A stretch of DNA of 61,447 nt, filler included, from Basidiobolus ranarum (taxonomy: Eukaryota), in NCBI GenBank assembly GCA_040143965.1. It is 4 parts of 4 records of this genome, joined end to end, with 100 filler letters (N's around TTAATTAATTAA, not from the genome) between each part and the next. Parts side by side here need not be neighbours in the genome. Positions count along the whole stretch, not along the records: positions 15,421 to 30,721 come from JASJQH010007259.1; positions 30,822 to 46,101 come from JASJQH010007260.1; 2 more parts are not named here. One strand, 5' to 3'. Made by a program: the position numbers and the translations under genes. The notes beneath the pieces were generated by a model. The model was not told the origin of the DNA. It was given only the letters and a program-made list of their open reading frames with translations, and did not search any database. This document shows positions 26,330-41,304 of the stretch, one piece after another; within the stretch, counting starts at the first letter, position 1, and each line of letters opens with the position of its first letter.

Positions 26330-27870
26330 CTACTGGATAAATAGTTCTGGAGTCAAGTCTTGCATCAAGTTCGCCATCTTGTCAACATTTTGACTCCATT
26401 CATTGAGACGTAATCTCATTCCATCAACTTGATTGATATCCATATAACGGGATTGCACCCAAGTGATATGCACTGATTGCTCAACTTGATCGATGGAGCC
26501 ACGGATCAAATTAAGTGAAAGTCCTTTCATTACGAGATGTTCAACCTAATAATCATCACTTAGCTAGATTGTTGCTGAATGGAAAGACTATAGAATCATA
26601 CCTCATCAACTGGAAGCTTTGTTTCTGAAGCAATGTCTGAGAAGTCGATGCGTCTATTATCAGCTGAACGTTTGAAAATAGATTCGATGAGTGACATCAA
26701 GCATATCTTTTGTCTAAGGAAAGCTGAGTAGCTTTCAAGAAGAGGCTTTGATGCGATTTAGTTACTACTCAAGCGATAGATTTTAGGTAAATGCAGGTAC
26801 CTGCTTAGTAAATTGTGTAGATAATGCCTCGAACTTGCCAATGTCACCGCCATTGACGGCAAAGAGAAGTTTATAAAGCCATTCGTGTTCACCTACTTTT
26901 AGGACTTCGAGGATAGGATGCATAAGCTAGAGAATGAATGACCGTAATATGTTAATGCGACTATCTTTGGGTAATCTTTTCAATTCTTGTAGCCTACCAA
27001 CTCGCCAAAATTATAAATAGTTTCGCCAAGGAGAGCGGCTAATGATAGATCATATGCACGCTCGACCTTTTCAACATCCGATAGGTCATCAAGGTTGACA
27101 CAGGCTAAGAATAGAAGAGCACACTTGTAATATTGAACAAAGTCTGCCTTGGCCTATATATAGTATGATTAAAAGATGTTGGAACGCTTGGAGACCACAT
27201 ATATATATTGATATTACTTTGTAATATTGTGCGGAGACTCTGTAGAAGCTAGCATGAATGATCGTTTCTACACTGTCAAATTTTTCTAGGATTTTTTCGC
27301 TCTCGTCCATAGCTTCCTTGGTTCCATCTAAATCACTAAGAAGTAATTTGAAGCTGGCAGTTTCCATGATCGCAAGAACATAAGCATCTTGAGTCTCAGG
27401 AGTATTTACTTTCTCAGTCAGAGGTGATAGAAATTTAATAGCTTCTTGAAAGTCTTCAAAATGGAATATTAGAACTATGTACTTGTGATTTTATCGAAAT
27501 TATCGGTGTATCATTGTACCTTGGAACTGAGCAGCAGCAGAAAGGGCGAAACCTACAAGTTTCAATTTATTCATCTTCTTAGCCCAATCAGAGACAAAGT
27601 GCTGATACAAAGGGACCAAAAAAGGACCGCACTCTGGTTGAGTTACGAATTCTTCCAGGCGACAAGTAAGTTGATGCCATAATCTATTGGATGGAAGGTT
27701 ATTTTCTATAGAATACATTGTCGGATAATAACATTAAATAACTAATCTTACTTGCGCTCGTAGAGATCCTCAAAGGTCATGTAGTACTCTTGTAAGTGTT
27801 TAGGAGCCTTCTTTCTTTCTTGCGCCAAAAATTCAGTTACGGGCACATCAACTTCCATCTTTTCAGCCAT
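26330..27870 (-). CDS. RPN9: 26S proteasome lid subunit Rpn9/PSMD13, multi-exon
   Basis: FEDLYERK|LWHQLT, ALLGETIYNFGEL and VMKGLSLNLIRGSIDQVEQSVHITWVQ (PCI domain). Confidence 0.95.
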
Positions 27871-30325
27871 TTTAGGAATATATAAATGCTTGATAAATAC
27901 TTTAAAAATGAACTATTGAGAAGGGGGAAATAAATTTCAGGTATGTATTGCTTAGCGTTGAAATTGGAAACAGAAAGACAATCACTTGGAAGTATTAATC
28001 ACGTTTACGTTCGTCTTACTTTTCTTTCTATTCTCACTGTTGCTCCTCACTAATTGATTGCTCAGTACGTCAGCAGAGTTTATAAATCACGTGATCCTAC
28101 ACCTATACGTGCAATCGTAAAACAAATTTTTATATTCAAGACTTACTCCGTACTTAAGCTACTTACACTCTTAGTGTGAAAAACACAATGGTCATGCTAC
28201 ACCAGAAATAGTGCTCAAGTGCGTTTAACTTAAGTCAGATTGAAGACTATTTTATATAGGCAAATGAAAGTAATATAAATAAGTCCAGTGAAAACGGTCT
28301 ATTTTTAGCACGTGTATTACAAACTTCCCTTAATCATCCAAAGTGTGTTAGTCGGCTATTCTGAGATGAAAGTCTAACAAATTGACAAAATATTGATTAT
28401 TATTATTAGCCAACGATGATCCCGCCGATCACTGCTGACTAAGAACGTAGATCGTAGAGAGTAGTATGCTAACTAGCTCCATGTTACCAATAACAGTCAA
28501 CTAATATGCTTAATAATCTGCTGATCTTGGGGTGCATTAAATTTATATTCATGAATCATCAATTAATACGAAGATCTCTTAACTTTTGAGGGATGAGTAA
28601 GCATGGAGTGATTTAGGTCATTCACCTAATCATACCGCCTGCAACGCTATTGAATAGGCGAATATATATCAGAAATTTAAGTAAATTCTCTGCAATTGTT
28701 GGTTTGGCGGCAAGACCAATAGTTTGACCAATTGATTGACCGTAACTTAAGAAAAAATACTGGGTATATGTGTAGCATTGATGGTCGAAACATGACCAAA
28801 GAAATACTAGCCTAGGGTTTGCCAGTGGCCCATGCAAGCACATAATTGAACTATTATGGCTGGCTAATCGAAAAGATAGGTGCAGTTGTACTTCAATTGG
28901 ATACAGATCAGCTCGAGAATTCACAAATAGATAATATGAGCACTTTTAGATAGGAATGGTTCAAGCACTAAACGGCCCAAGCTTTGATTCGCAGTAGATG
29001 AGTATCAAATGGCTAACACGACCATTGGGAGTATTTAATGAGTATTTTATCCATCTTTCAGCTTTATAACATGTCCTACAAACTTGATCATCTTTTTGAA
29101 TCGCTGAATGGGAGCGACCGCTCTTTAAATATCGGCAACCGAGGCTTCGACGAGCCAATGGACGTGAAAATGGAGAAAGTGACTTCTCTTCATTTTCATC
29201 TTAACGGGCGACCTCTCACGCATAATGAAGCTCGTTACCATTGGAATCTTGCAGTCAGACATAAACAGTTGTTGGTTATGACCCAATTTACCCATTGAAG
29301 GTGATGAAGGGACACCTCTATTTTTCTCCTTTGTATTTACTTAAGATCAAATCTTGGTCGAAATAGTTGAGAGTATTTACTGTTGTATAGCTTAAATTGT
29401 AGTACTTTCCCAATTAAACAACTATGTACCTGCATCCTTGAACAAAACACATTGCGCTATGTTTGATCTTACTAGAGCCTTGTGTATATGAGAGATAATC
29501 ATGCGGCGTTTAAACAGCATGATAGCTGTCATTTTAATCTACTTCAAAGCGTAATTTAACTAATGATTTGTTGTTAATGGGGGGTTTATAAAAAGCCAGC
29601 AGTTGATATGTCATAATGTATGTTCAATGTGAGTTGACCCAGGCATGAATCGAAAGCTACGCACTCAAACAAATGCCTCTACAACAATATAATAAGGACC
29701 AATACGAAAGTACTGCATTCTAATCATGTTCGGTATGGCTAAGATATGCAAATCAATGGAGCATTGAATATTAGTGTTACGGTTAATATCTCTTCAGCTT
29801 TAGAATGAATTTTCGCAATCACACTGCCAAGATTATTCGCTCACTCATAGGGTAATACTGTTACCTGCCACCGCTTAGAGCATGAATTGAAGTTCTGGAC
29901 CATGCTCAATTCTGACTGTCGTAATTATCGATCTAGAATTGCATAATATATTGTACCTGTCAATCATGTCCGGCTTTGGAAATACGTGTATTTGTCATCC
30001 AGGAAATTTTCCTATTGTGATTGATTCTGGTAATGGTTTGTCCTATTTGGTAATTGAATATGAGTCTCGCCCACATCCACGTGAGTCAATTCCATCTCAG
30101 TTTATATTTCTTTACAATAGAATAGCATCTCCAGGCAATACCCGATAGATCAATGAGCTTACCAGGTTAAGTACAAATATTTTGTGAATTACCTGTTTTT
30201 ATATCATATAGTAGATTTGTTTCCTTCGATTGTTCTGGGTCTTTTCCTAGATATTTGTAATAAAAGAAGTTGATTTTGATAGTTCTACTTCACAACTCTT
30301 CTGTTTGTGGTGACACTCGTTCATT

Positions 30326-30721
30326 ATGGATATTGTACTGTGTGTAGCTGACGAATATCTCTTGGATAAATTTTATTCAGCATTTTCTCTGGTCGGATTA
30401 CCTGTCCTTCCTCGAGATGCTCTTCTGCGTCAGTTTGGGAGTTTGATGTTTATCGCTGCCTTCGGTGCCTATTCTATCTACATCGTTTTCTCTACTATTT
30501 CGTTTCATCTGTTTTTTGACAAACGTCAAATGAACCATCCCCGCTTTCTCAAAGACCAGATTAAGCAAGAGATCAAAATGGCCACTGATGCTATTCCGCT
30601 TATGGCACTCCTTACTGTTCCTTTCTTTCTGCTTGCGCGCCATGGTTATTCACGTCTCTACGAAAATGTCGATGACTACGGTTGGGGCTATTTAGTCTGC
30701 AGTATTTTCATGTTTCTTTTG
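30326..30721 (+). CDS. ERG3: C-5 sterol desaturase (5' part, cut by contig end)
   Basis: MDIVLCVADEYLLD start, FDKRQMNHPRFLKDQIKQEI, GYSRLY. Confidence 0.92.
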
Positions 30722-30821
30722 NNNNNNNNNNNNNNNNNNNNNNNNNNNNNNNNNNNNNNNNNNNNTTAATTAATTAANNNNNNNNNNNNNNNNNNNNNNN
30801 NNNNNNNNNNNNNNNNNNNNN
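30722..30821. other. Artificial contig linker
   Basis: N44-TTAATTAATTAA-N44. Confidence 0.98.
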
Positions 30822-32258
<1,437 letters not shown>

Positions 32259-35200
32259 ATCTAGGATAGTGTGAAAAGAAGTAGGTTGAAAGTTGTAGAA
32301 GAGTAGTCGACAAAGTTAGCTAGTGTAAGTGAAATAGAGCTAGCCAAATGATTATCTAACAGTTGTTGGTGAAGTTGACTTTGACCCGGGGTAAAAAAAC
32401 ACTACAATATCTGCTCTTGACAGTCTAAGTAGGTAAACGAAATTAGCGAAATATAAAGGCAGCAAAGATATGATTCAGATGAGGTCAATAGACACCCAAG
32501 CAGCGATTGCAATCAAGATATAGTCAATTCCCACTGGCAGTGACAAGGGCTAAAGTTCCTCCATCAACACCAGAATCATCACGCGTATATGGTGCCTTAG
32601 ACCATGACGTAACAAATTCGAACTCAGAGCTTACTCAAATAGATAGCGAAATGCGATCAGCTCAACTGTCCCTCCTATTATTTTCCCATGCTTTCATATA
32701 GAATGGACGCATATAGTTTTGGAACTGATCTGGACACGAAAGAAGATGAATGATGTCACTGTGCCCTACTATGGAACCAGTCGTACCAATCACACGCTTT
32801 GTCGGGACCCACCTTTTACCGGATTGCTCGCCAAAACCACCGACTAAGAAAACAACTCGTCTATTTTTGTATGATGTTGCTTCTGTCAAGGTCCAATCAG
32901 CTTCGGTTCAACTTGAGAGTCCTTTGATGGTGAGACAATCGTCTATCGATAATCAATGAGCAAGTGCTTCAAGCAAATACGATGATGGCTACGGGCTCTC
33001 GTTGGTCTAACCATTTAAGTCCATACCCGAGTGAGAAGTTTAAGTTTTGCAGACTTGCTTCACGTAGAACAGGTTATCTGTGTTGAGTGGAGGAGGAGCT
33101 GTCAAGATTCATTCTATTTAGGCCAAGGGATGATTCGTGACGTAACAATAAATGAAAGACGACGTCAATAAACACAATCTCCAGGTTTGTGAAAACCACA
33201 ACAATGAGAGCTCCACACAAGCTTCTTCTTCAGTACAAAGAGCGGCCATTCTCCGTCGGGCGGAAGTTCATCCCAGCGTCCTTGGTCCCAGACTGTTTGC
33301 GCTTTACACTACCTTCCCAGCCATCTGCATCGCCAACAGATGCACTGGCTACACATTAGAACTTAATTAGGCTTGAATTTCATTGTATCTGGATTTCCAT
33401 GACTATGATTGATACAATCTCATATGCTCTCAAACACTGGAGGGGAAGCTTTCATTTCGCGACGAGATCCAGACTTGATTTGACTACTTTTAATGATGGA
33501 GTGTGATTCAAATCCAGGTCTCGGTCTTGGTATACATACAGCAGGATCAGTAGCGAGCAATGAAAAAATCACACCCTTAGATGGCCCTCCGATCATATCT
33601 ACTCTATCTCATTTCCTATAATAGTAAGCCAATGACGGCACTCGGGAATCAGAGATTAGGGTTGTGTCAATTGTAACCCTAAAAACATAGTTGATCGACA
33701 ATATGCGGTATGCTATATGATATATATTGGAGTGACAACCTGGGGCAAACTTCACCTAGCCAGCTGCTCCATCCAGGATACTCTTGGGAGGCAATGAGTC
33801 TGGCACTATCGACATGCAATGGGCGTTCATGGAATTTTCTGGAGTATTTGCCTTTGAAACTGCCAAAACCATGCCACCAAAGATACACATTATATTCAGA
33901 ATACCCCCTAGGTTGGAAATTTACTTATCAGGTTATTTCTCACTTCTGAATTACATCGTGATGATATCATATATCACAGGGGAGTGCAATTTGAAGTGCT
34001 ACAAGCAATGCCAGATTTGGTTCGATCAGCTTAGCTAGCCTGTGCTTAATCCATAGGATTCCAATCATTCCCTCCTCGAATATGCTGTACTCTCATCAGC
34101 AACCAAACACCTTGATGACGTTTAATCAGACATAGCATCTTATGTATATATCGTAAAAGAACTCAACAGTGGCTTACAGTACAGCCATAGCTTTCTGCTC
34201 TCCTTCATATCTCCTTGAGATCTCAACAAGGTTAGTGAATGTTTACACAGAAAGTTACTACGCATATTCTCCACGCTTCTGTTAGCATTTGTCACAACTT
34301 GTATGCTATAAGAAACACTGATGGACTATAGCCTCGCTGTGAACTCTATTGTGAGAGATACTTTACTTAAAAAAAATGAGCTGAGGGATTATTACTTGAG
34401 TGTTGTAACTCAAATGCTTTTGCTTATGCATGCTTATATGAGCTTTCTAAACAAATATGGGAGTAAAGTAGTTTGTAGGGTTAGTATCCATACTGTTGAC
34501 AGTTGAGATCGTAGGGTTAGGGTTAGCTCGAGCTACTAGATATCCATGTACGGAAAATGTTTAATTTACGTTTATAATGTGCTTAAACTCGGTTAGGGTT
34601 GTATATGATCATTGATTGAACAAACAGGGCCTAACTATCAGCATATCCTGATCATTAGGCCTTGTAGGGTCCAGTCCAAACGAGTTTGATCTCCTACAAG
34701 AGTGGGCAAAGAATCGCAAGGGTCAATAAATAATAACAACTCATATACTTGATTGCATTTAATAACTGTTTAGAGTGAATCAATTTTAGCCGCATAAAGA
34801 TGAGGTACAATTGTCAGAAGAGGCCCCCACCTTCAAGTCGTAAATGTCATGGTTCTTGGTTTGAGAGAAACAATGAGGCACTCTACACAGCTAGTCTACT
34901 ATTTAATCTGTCTAAAAACAGACATAAAACCAACCTCTGGCACCATACAACCCCTATAAGCAGGATTCGAGCTAGGGAGCATTTTCAGCCATGCCCAATG
35001 ACGTAGATCATGGCTCATGTGGCAAGCCTCTGTTGCTCGCTACAGCAAAACATAGCATTTGATCTAGACAACCTCAACGCGGAATTCATGATTTACCCAA
35101 GCGTGGTGTCTAAATAATATCATGTCCAGGACAGTCTCAGGTAATATGATTCTAATATTAATTTGGTAACCACTGCTAGATATCTATACCAATTTAGGAA

Positions 35201-36102
35201 ATTGGATTGATTTATTTCATTCCAAAATTCCCTTAATCGTATTGCTAATACAAAAGGCATACACCAATTTAATTGGTTTTAGGCTCAACTGTGAGAATGC
35301 CTGAGTCTCACCTTGGTTGTGGCAAAGTTGTCGATATTTAATACATGTCCTTTAACCCAGACTTGTGATGAACTATAAGGGCACTTAGAGCGGAGTGATA
35401 GAAATCACGCAAATCTCAAGTTTTTCTCAACGTGGCAAAGGGGCTAACAGAGGTTGTAGAGCCTTTGGACGCATATGCTTATGCATACACTTGCTCAAAT
35501 GTTGATATTTGCGTTGATCTAATCTCTGATATTCCTTAGAATAAATCATATAACTAATTAAAAGTATATTAATTGAAAATCAATATTGGGTTTGGATGAA
35601 TATTTCTCTATTCCTTATATTGTTAACACGAAATTAAACTACGGCATCCTTTCTTTCTGTACGTTTGGATTAATCAAAGCAGCCCTAACTCGTATTTCCC
35701 TCTCTCGCTTCACTATTAACACTGTTGGTGTTTTCACAAGTCCTTACCTATTTCACCTCTCCCAAACCATATTAAGCTATTTCTCTTCTAATTCTCGGTT
35801 TTCTTTTGGTTAGAACTTTTGCACTTTTTACTCCTCGAGCTTCTTATTTTACAAGCGCTTTTCTCTATTAAGCTTCTGCTACGCTCCAAGCTACCTACGT
35901 ACATTTTTATCGGATAAACGCATCTCTTACGGTTAGAGGTGAAGACTCTAGTCAGTCAAATATAGTCTAAATGCAGAAATAGTAAACTCACGAACACCTA
36001 CCGAATTCATCTTATTACACTTATATTACCTCACTCCTTCCTCGCTTATATACCTCATTTTAGTTTCTTCAACTTGGATATCGCTTCTAGAGTCTCCACA
36101 TC

Positions 36103-39100
36103 ATGAACCGATTATTCGAATCTAGTTGCGGTAACTTTCTTACCAGTAAAAATGGTAGAGGACTCTCTTCAGATATTTCACGATTCTCTCCTGGTGAGTG
36201 GGTCGAAATTAAAGACCCACAAAGTACCGAGATATATTATGCTAATCCAGTAAGTGTCCCTGTAACTACTATGGCGGATTCTGACGAGATTGTGCTTATC
36301 CAACTAATATTTAACCTTTTTATTGTTAGCTTACTGGGGAGTGTGCTAATAAAATCCCTTTGAATGCTAAAATGTAAGAATATTTTTATTTCAATGCCAC
36401 TTTTATGAATCTAGAGCTTCCGTTAACTCATCTGTTTCTTATAGACATCCCAGTGATCCCAACGGAGAGTGGTGGGAGCTTTATGACGAGCAGAACGATC
36501 TAAACTATTATTATAATACACTTACGAGCCAGACTGAATGGATTAGACCAGATACGGGGCTTATTGTGCCTTTGGCAACAATTCAAGTATACACATTGTT
36601 ACAATTTTTGTACAAAGTAATACATAGTACTAAGGTCATTCATTTTGATCTGGATAGAATACCGCGATGGGACGTAGAGTTTCGATGGTATTAGCAAATA
36701 GAGGCTCATTAATCTTAGCAACAAATGGAATCAAGCCTCCGGAGTCTGAAGGCGAGAAGAAACCTGGGAGCTCAGCTTTTTTATTAGGCAATAATAACAA
36801 CCAAAATAATTCTAACATCGATGAGCTTACGGAAGCAACACCGCCCCTATTAAGAGCATCACAGGTTGGTTTTTAATGTTTCAACTGTCTCTGTCCGTCA
36901 TTGTTTTCTTTTCTTAAACTTGTATAATAGTCCGCTGCACCTGAATCATCAAATCTGAAGAGGCAGGATAGCCGCTGGTCAGTCTCTGCAGGTATTACTG
37001 AAACTTCTGACAAAGATATCCAGAGTTTCAGTGAGACTTCGTCCAAGATTTTGGAGTGCCCGATGATTCCTCTCGAATCTCGGGAGGAGATCCCCCAAGG
37101 GCCATCCAGCTCAGGTATTCATTTATCTCTGTATAACATGTTGTATGAATATCTCCTTATTTTGAAACTACATCCAGCCATTTCCAATTTCACTCCACAA
37201 ATTAACAACAACGATGCTCCCCTCCCTCCTGCTGGGAAAGAACGAGCCTCTGCGTCTTCTGTTAAGAATGATAATTATATGTAAGAGTTGCTGTTATGGT
37301 GCTGATCTTATGGAGTGCTTACCGCGACTATATCTTCTTCTTTAGTCCTCCTACTCTCCCACCACAACTTTTAGAGGAGATGAATCAATTTCAAATCGAT
37401 GGATTTTCTCCAAAGTACTTTGCTGTGCATAAAAAAGGAATTTTCAGAAGAAAGGTGTCCATGGAGAAACTTTTACAATGGTCCAAGGTAACGGTAATAT
37501 TCAAATGACGGATTATGGATAGTTATTTATCAGAAGTGAGGTGTTTTGATTAATTTGTAAATAGGACTCTCTAAAGCAACCTTTATTGATCTTGAGCAAA
37601 CCGGTTCAAAAAGACGCGTTAAAGTGCTTTAAAAATATCCTTTTAAGACGAATTTGGACTTATTTTATGACTTTGATTCCATTATTCCTTAACTCTTTTT
37701 TACTCATTCAGAAGATTATGGGAGATCGAGCTTACATACTAGGTTCTTCTCTCAATAAAGACACTCAGTGGTTGCTTGATAGAGGCATAGTGGAGGGTGA
37801 ATTGAGAGATGAAATTTACGTTCAGCTATGTAAGCAGTTAACACATAATCCTAGTAGGTAAGACAAAGCTCAAGTAATTCTAAATTATTTCCAAGTATTT
37901 GATAATCGGTAGTAACCTCTCTCTATAACAGCCAAAGCCTTTTCAATGGATGGCAACTCATGTGTGTACTAGCAGTTACATTTCCTCCATCACGAAATTT
38001 CGAAAAGTACATGCAAAACTTTGTCAAGGCACATTTTGATATTCAACAAAGCAAAATCAATATACTTTCCAAGCATGCTCACAACAAATTACTAAGAATC
38101 TCCAAAAGTGGGCCTCGTGGAAAAGTCCTCACTAATGAAGAGATCGAACAAGCCAAAGTAAGTATCCTGAGAAATCCAATTTATCTTGTTTGATTTAACC
38201 CAAACTATCATCTTACAGGAATCTGCTTTTCATCCTACTGTGTTTGGAGAGTCTTTGGAGTATGTGATGCAAATGCAGGCTCAGACGCATCCAAGCTTAC
38301 CATTGCCTAGGATTCTACTGTTCCTGGCGGAAAGTGTATTGAAGTTGGATGGTCAAAAGTCTGAAGGTATTTTTCGTCTTTCTGGTGACCCTGAGGCCGT
38401 AACTTCACTGGTAACATCCAAAGCGTTTGATCTCCGTTTTATAAGCTCTCTAACCTCAGTATATTTATTTAGCGGTTGAAAATTGAGAAAAGTAAGTATT
38501 CTAATGCACATTTGACTCACTTGGTTTGTAACCATGCCTAAGATTTGCTTAGATCAATACGATATTCAAGGGATCACTGATCCAAATGTACCCTCTTCTC
38601 TGCTGAAGTTTTGGCTTCGTGATCTAGCAGAGCCTTTGATCCCTGCGAAGTATTAATATCCTTTTTCATACGAGCTTCAGTTATTCATCATCAATCCAAT
38701 ATGCTGCCCTATTAACCCTTAACTGAGGCTTACCGATATGTGTATTCAAAGCGCAGAGAATCCCCAAGAGTCGGTGGAGATCATTGAAAAGCTTCCAGAT
38801 ATCAACCGGATTGTCGTTCATTTTACGCTATATTTTCTACAGGTATAGTTATCATTCGGTCATGATAAACCTGTCAACCACTAAATATCTTTTGATTAGT
38901 TGTTCACTACAAAAGAGGCTATGCTTCATACAAAAATGACGGTAGCGAACTTGGCCATGGTATTTGCACCCAATTTTCTAAGATGTCCAAGTGAGAACTT
39001 GAACGAAATCTTTGAAAAAACTCGACATGAACAAGCGTTTGTTAAAACTTTACTAGCACATATGAAACCTATATCTTCCATTACATTAAAATCCATTTTT

Positions 39101-39103
39101 TAA
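36103..39103 (+). CDS. WW-WW-MyTH4-RhoGAP protein (ARHGAP39/Vilse-like), many exons, two AT-AC introns
   Basis: WW: EWVEIKDP..YYANP and EWWELYD..YYYN..TEWIRP. MyTH4: ELRDEIYVQLCKQLTHNP, GWQLM..TFPPS. RhoGAP: EGIFRLSG, LLKFWLRDLAEPLIP, KMTVANLAMVFAPNFLR. Confidence 0.92.
37635..37703 (+). other. U12-type AT-AC intron (69 nt)
   Basis: 5' ATATCCTTTT, branch TTCCTTAAC (37685-37693), 3' AC. Removal gives KCFKIIQKIMGDR. Confidence 0.93.
38656..38733 (+). other. U12-type AT-AC intron (78 nt)
   Basis: 5' ATATCCTTTT, branch ACCCTTAAC (38715-38723), 3' AC. Removal gives EPLIPAKYYDMCI. Confidence 0.93.
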
Positions 39104-41304
39104 TATTGGTTTCCTTCTAAAATAAATGTTGCTTGTATCCTCCACTTTTCCGTACGTTTGTAAATTGAAGCAATTCCTATGTATTGTGGTGAAACTCCTC
39201 ATTCCCAATTCAAACTTGGTATCTGAATCATGCAAGAATGACAACTTTCTAAAGTTGCGTATGTAGTGGTGGCGGAAGTAATGGAAGTGTATGCCATCAC
39301 CAAGTATCTCAGTAACTTTGGTTTACTCTTGACTACACTGGCTATACACACTGAAAAACAAGGTTCATTTCGTGAAAGATATGTCAACCATAGTAAAGTG
39401 ATCCAATAGATCCTAAGAGGAAGCACCACTTTCCTATTGCCATGAAGTTATCAGCAAGACACGGTGATAATAAGCCAGGGCCAAATCTCTAATTTTTAGG
39501 TTTTAAGTTTATTTATGAATTTCTTGGTCTACTCTTTAAAGTTTGCACTACGTCATCTTATTTGTTTTAATCTCAGGGAACACCGTAGAATCAACCATAA
39601 TTGTCACGAATTACGATGAAATATCTTGTGTACGCTTAACTGTCCACAATACCCAAGAATGTGTTTCTGTAATTATGAGTGAGAGAGAACGTTTTCAGGT
39701 TAGCATTGTAGCTTGGTGCACTCATAGAAGAGTGACTTCTAGCTCTAGCTGGTTATCGGTCCAGACAAAGGCCTCGAAGATAACGAGGTTATTATAATGT
39801 GAACAAAGCATCCTCATCAATCAACACCTATGACACAATCGTGTAGTGCGATGATATTTCAGTACTTAATGCTACCATGCAGCCTGTTACCGGTTGGATG
39901 TACACCAGCAATGACAATACTCGGCATCACTTGTTACGTAACAATTTAATGATAAGCCAGTATTTCACTAAATTAGAAGTTCTCGTATCGTGTGTGTATG
40001 TGAAATGCATAGTCGGTGTACCAGCAGCAGACTCATTCCAGTTATTAATACGCCAAATCTTAACCTACTTTGGAAAGAAACCTACCATGCTATCCGAGAA
40101 CCCATAAAGCAGGACTGTGAAAGTGCAAGTACAAGCCGAAATCGAGTCAACCACTATCCAAAGCCACATGTTTTGAAGATTGAGAGAATGGAAAGGAGCT
40201 TTCAACACCGTTCCGTCGACCAAATACCTATCCAGTACAGCTCTCATCTCACTGGTAAATTTCCAGCCCTGAGGGGAACAAGAGGGGTGCGATGGAAGAG
40301 AATCGGTACTAAGCCCATTTTGTCAATAATCAGAGACCTATCCTAATTATAGCGTAATGTCTTGACCTCATGGCTGTCAGGATATGGTAGATTGCATCTC
40401 GATTTCCAACGACAAAACAGTGAAGTTTTGGACAAAGAGTAAGGATCCTCACGATCACGAAATAAGTTGAGCTCCTACGAACAGACTGGAACAGGGCTGA
40501 TATGATTTCGACGAATCAACTAGCTTACCTAGCGAGAAGCACCAATTGAGTACCCTCATCATCGGTTATCATATGATCTGATAATCCCGATTAAGTGACA
40601 TCCGACATTCAAATCCTGGATGTTGCTCAAATCTTTCCCACATATATCATTTGTTTTCAGTTGCTCTAGAGAACCTTTCTGATGGGCCCGTGTAGGTTTG
40701 TCTTTCAGAAAATCGCTTACTGCTTAGATGTCGTATGTACCTAGAAAGTCTTGGCACTGATAAAGATCTCTTTCTGCATACTCTTCTGAAAGGATATGCT
40801 TGAATGGGCTGTTCGACTGAGCAACAGTACAATGGTTTACTATTCCAGACTCAGCACAGAGCCACAATCGCAACAAAGATGAAAAAAAGCCGCTCAAAGG
40901 GCACAGATAGAATACGTGATCCAACACCCTCATGTGAGCTGTGTTTCAATCACATATTATATGTACTCTGTGACCTGAAACGACCATCAACTTTAGTCAA
41001 TCGCCACCAAAAAGGTATAGAAATGGGACGATGACCGGTTAAAAGATATTTATAGTATGAAGCCAGATTCCTTACGACTCATTGTTAAGTAATGTCAGTC
41101 TTACCACAGTATATGGGATATTCACTCAGAGAAAAATTGTTTTGGAAGTTTGTGCGACAAATACCTGTTCATCGAACTAGGAGACAGAGGGGATGGTGAT
41201 GGAGTCGGATTCCTATAAATACTTGCATTTGACATATCCCTATAATCATAATCAGCCATTCACTACTTTTCTCTTAGTAAAGCTCTCCGTACATATTAAA
41301 CACC

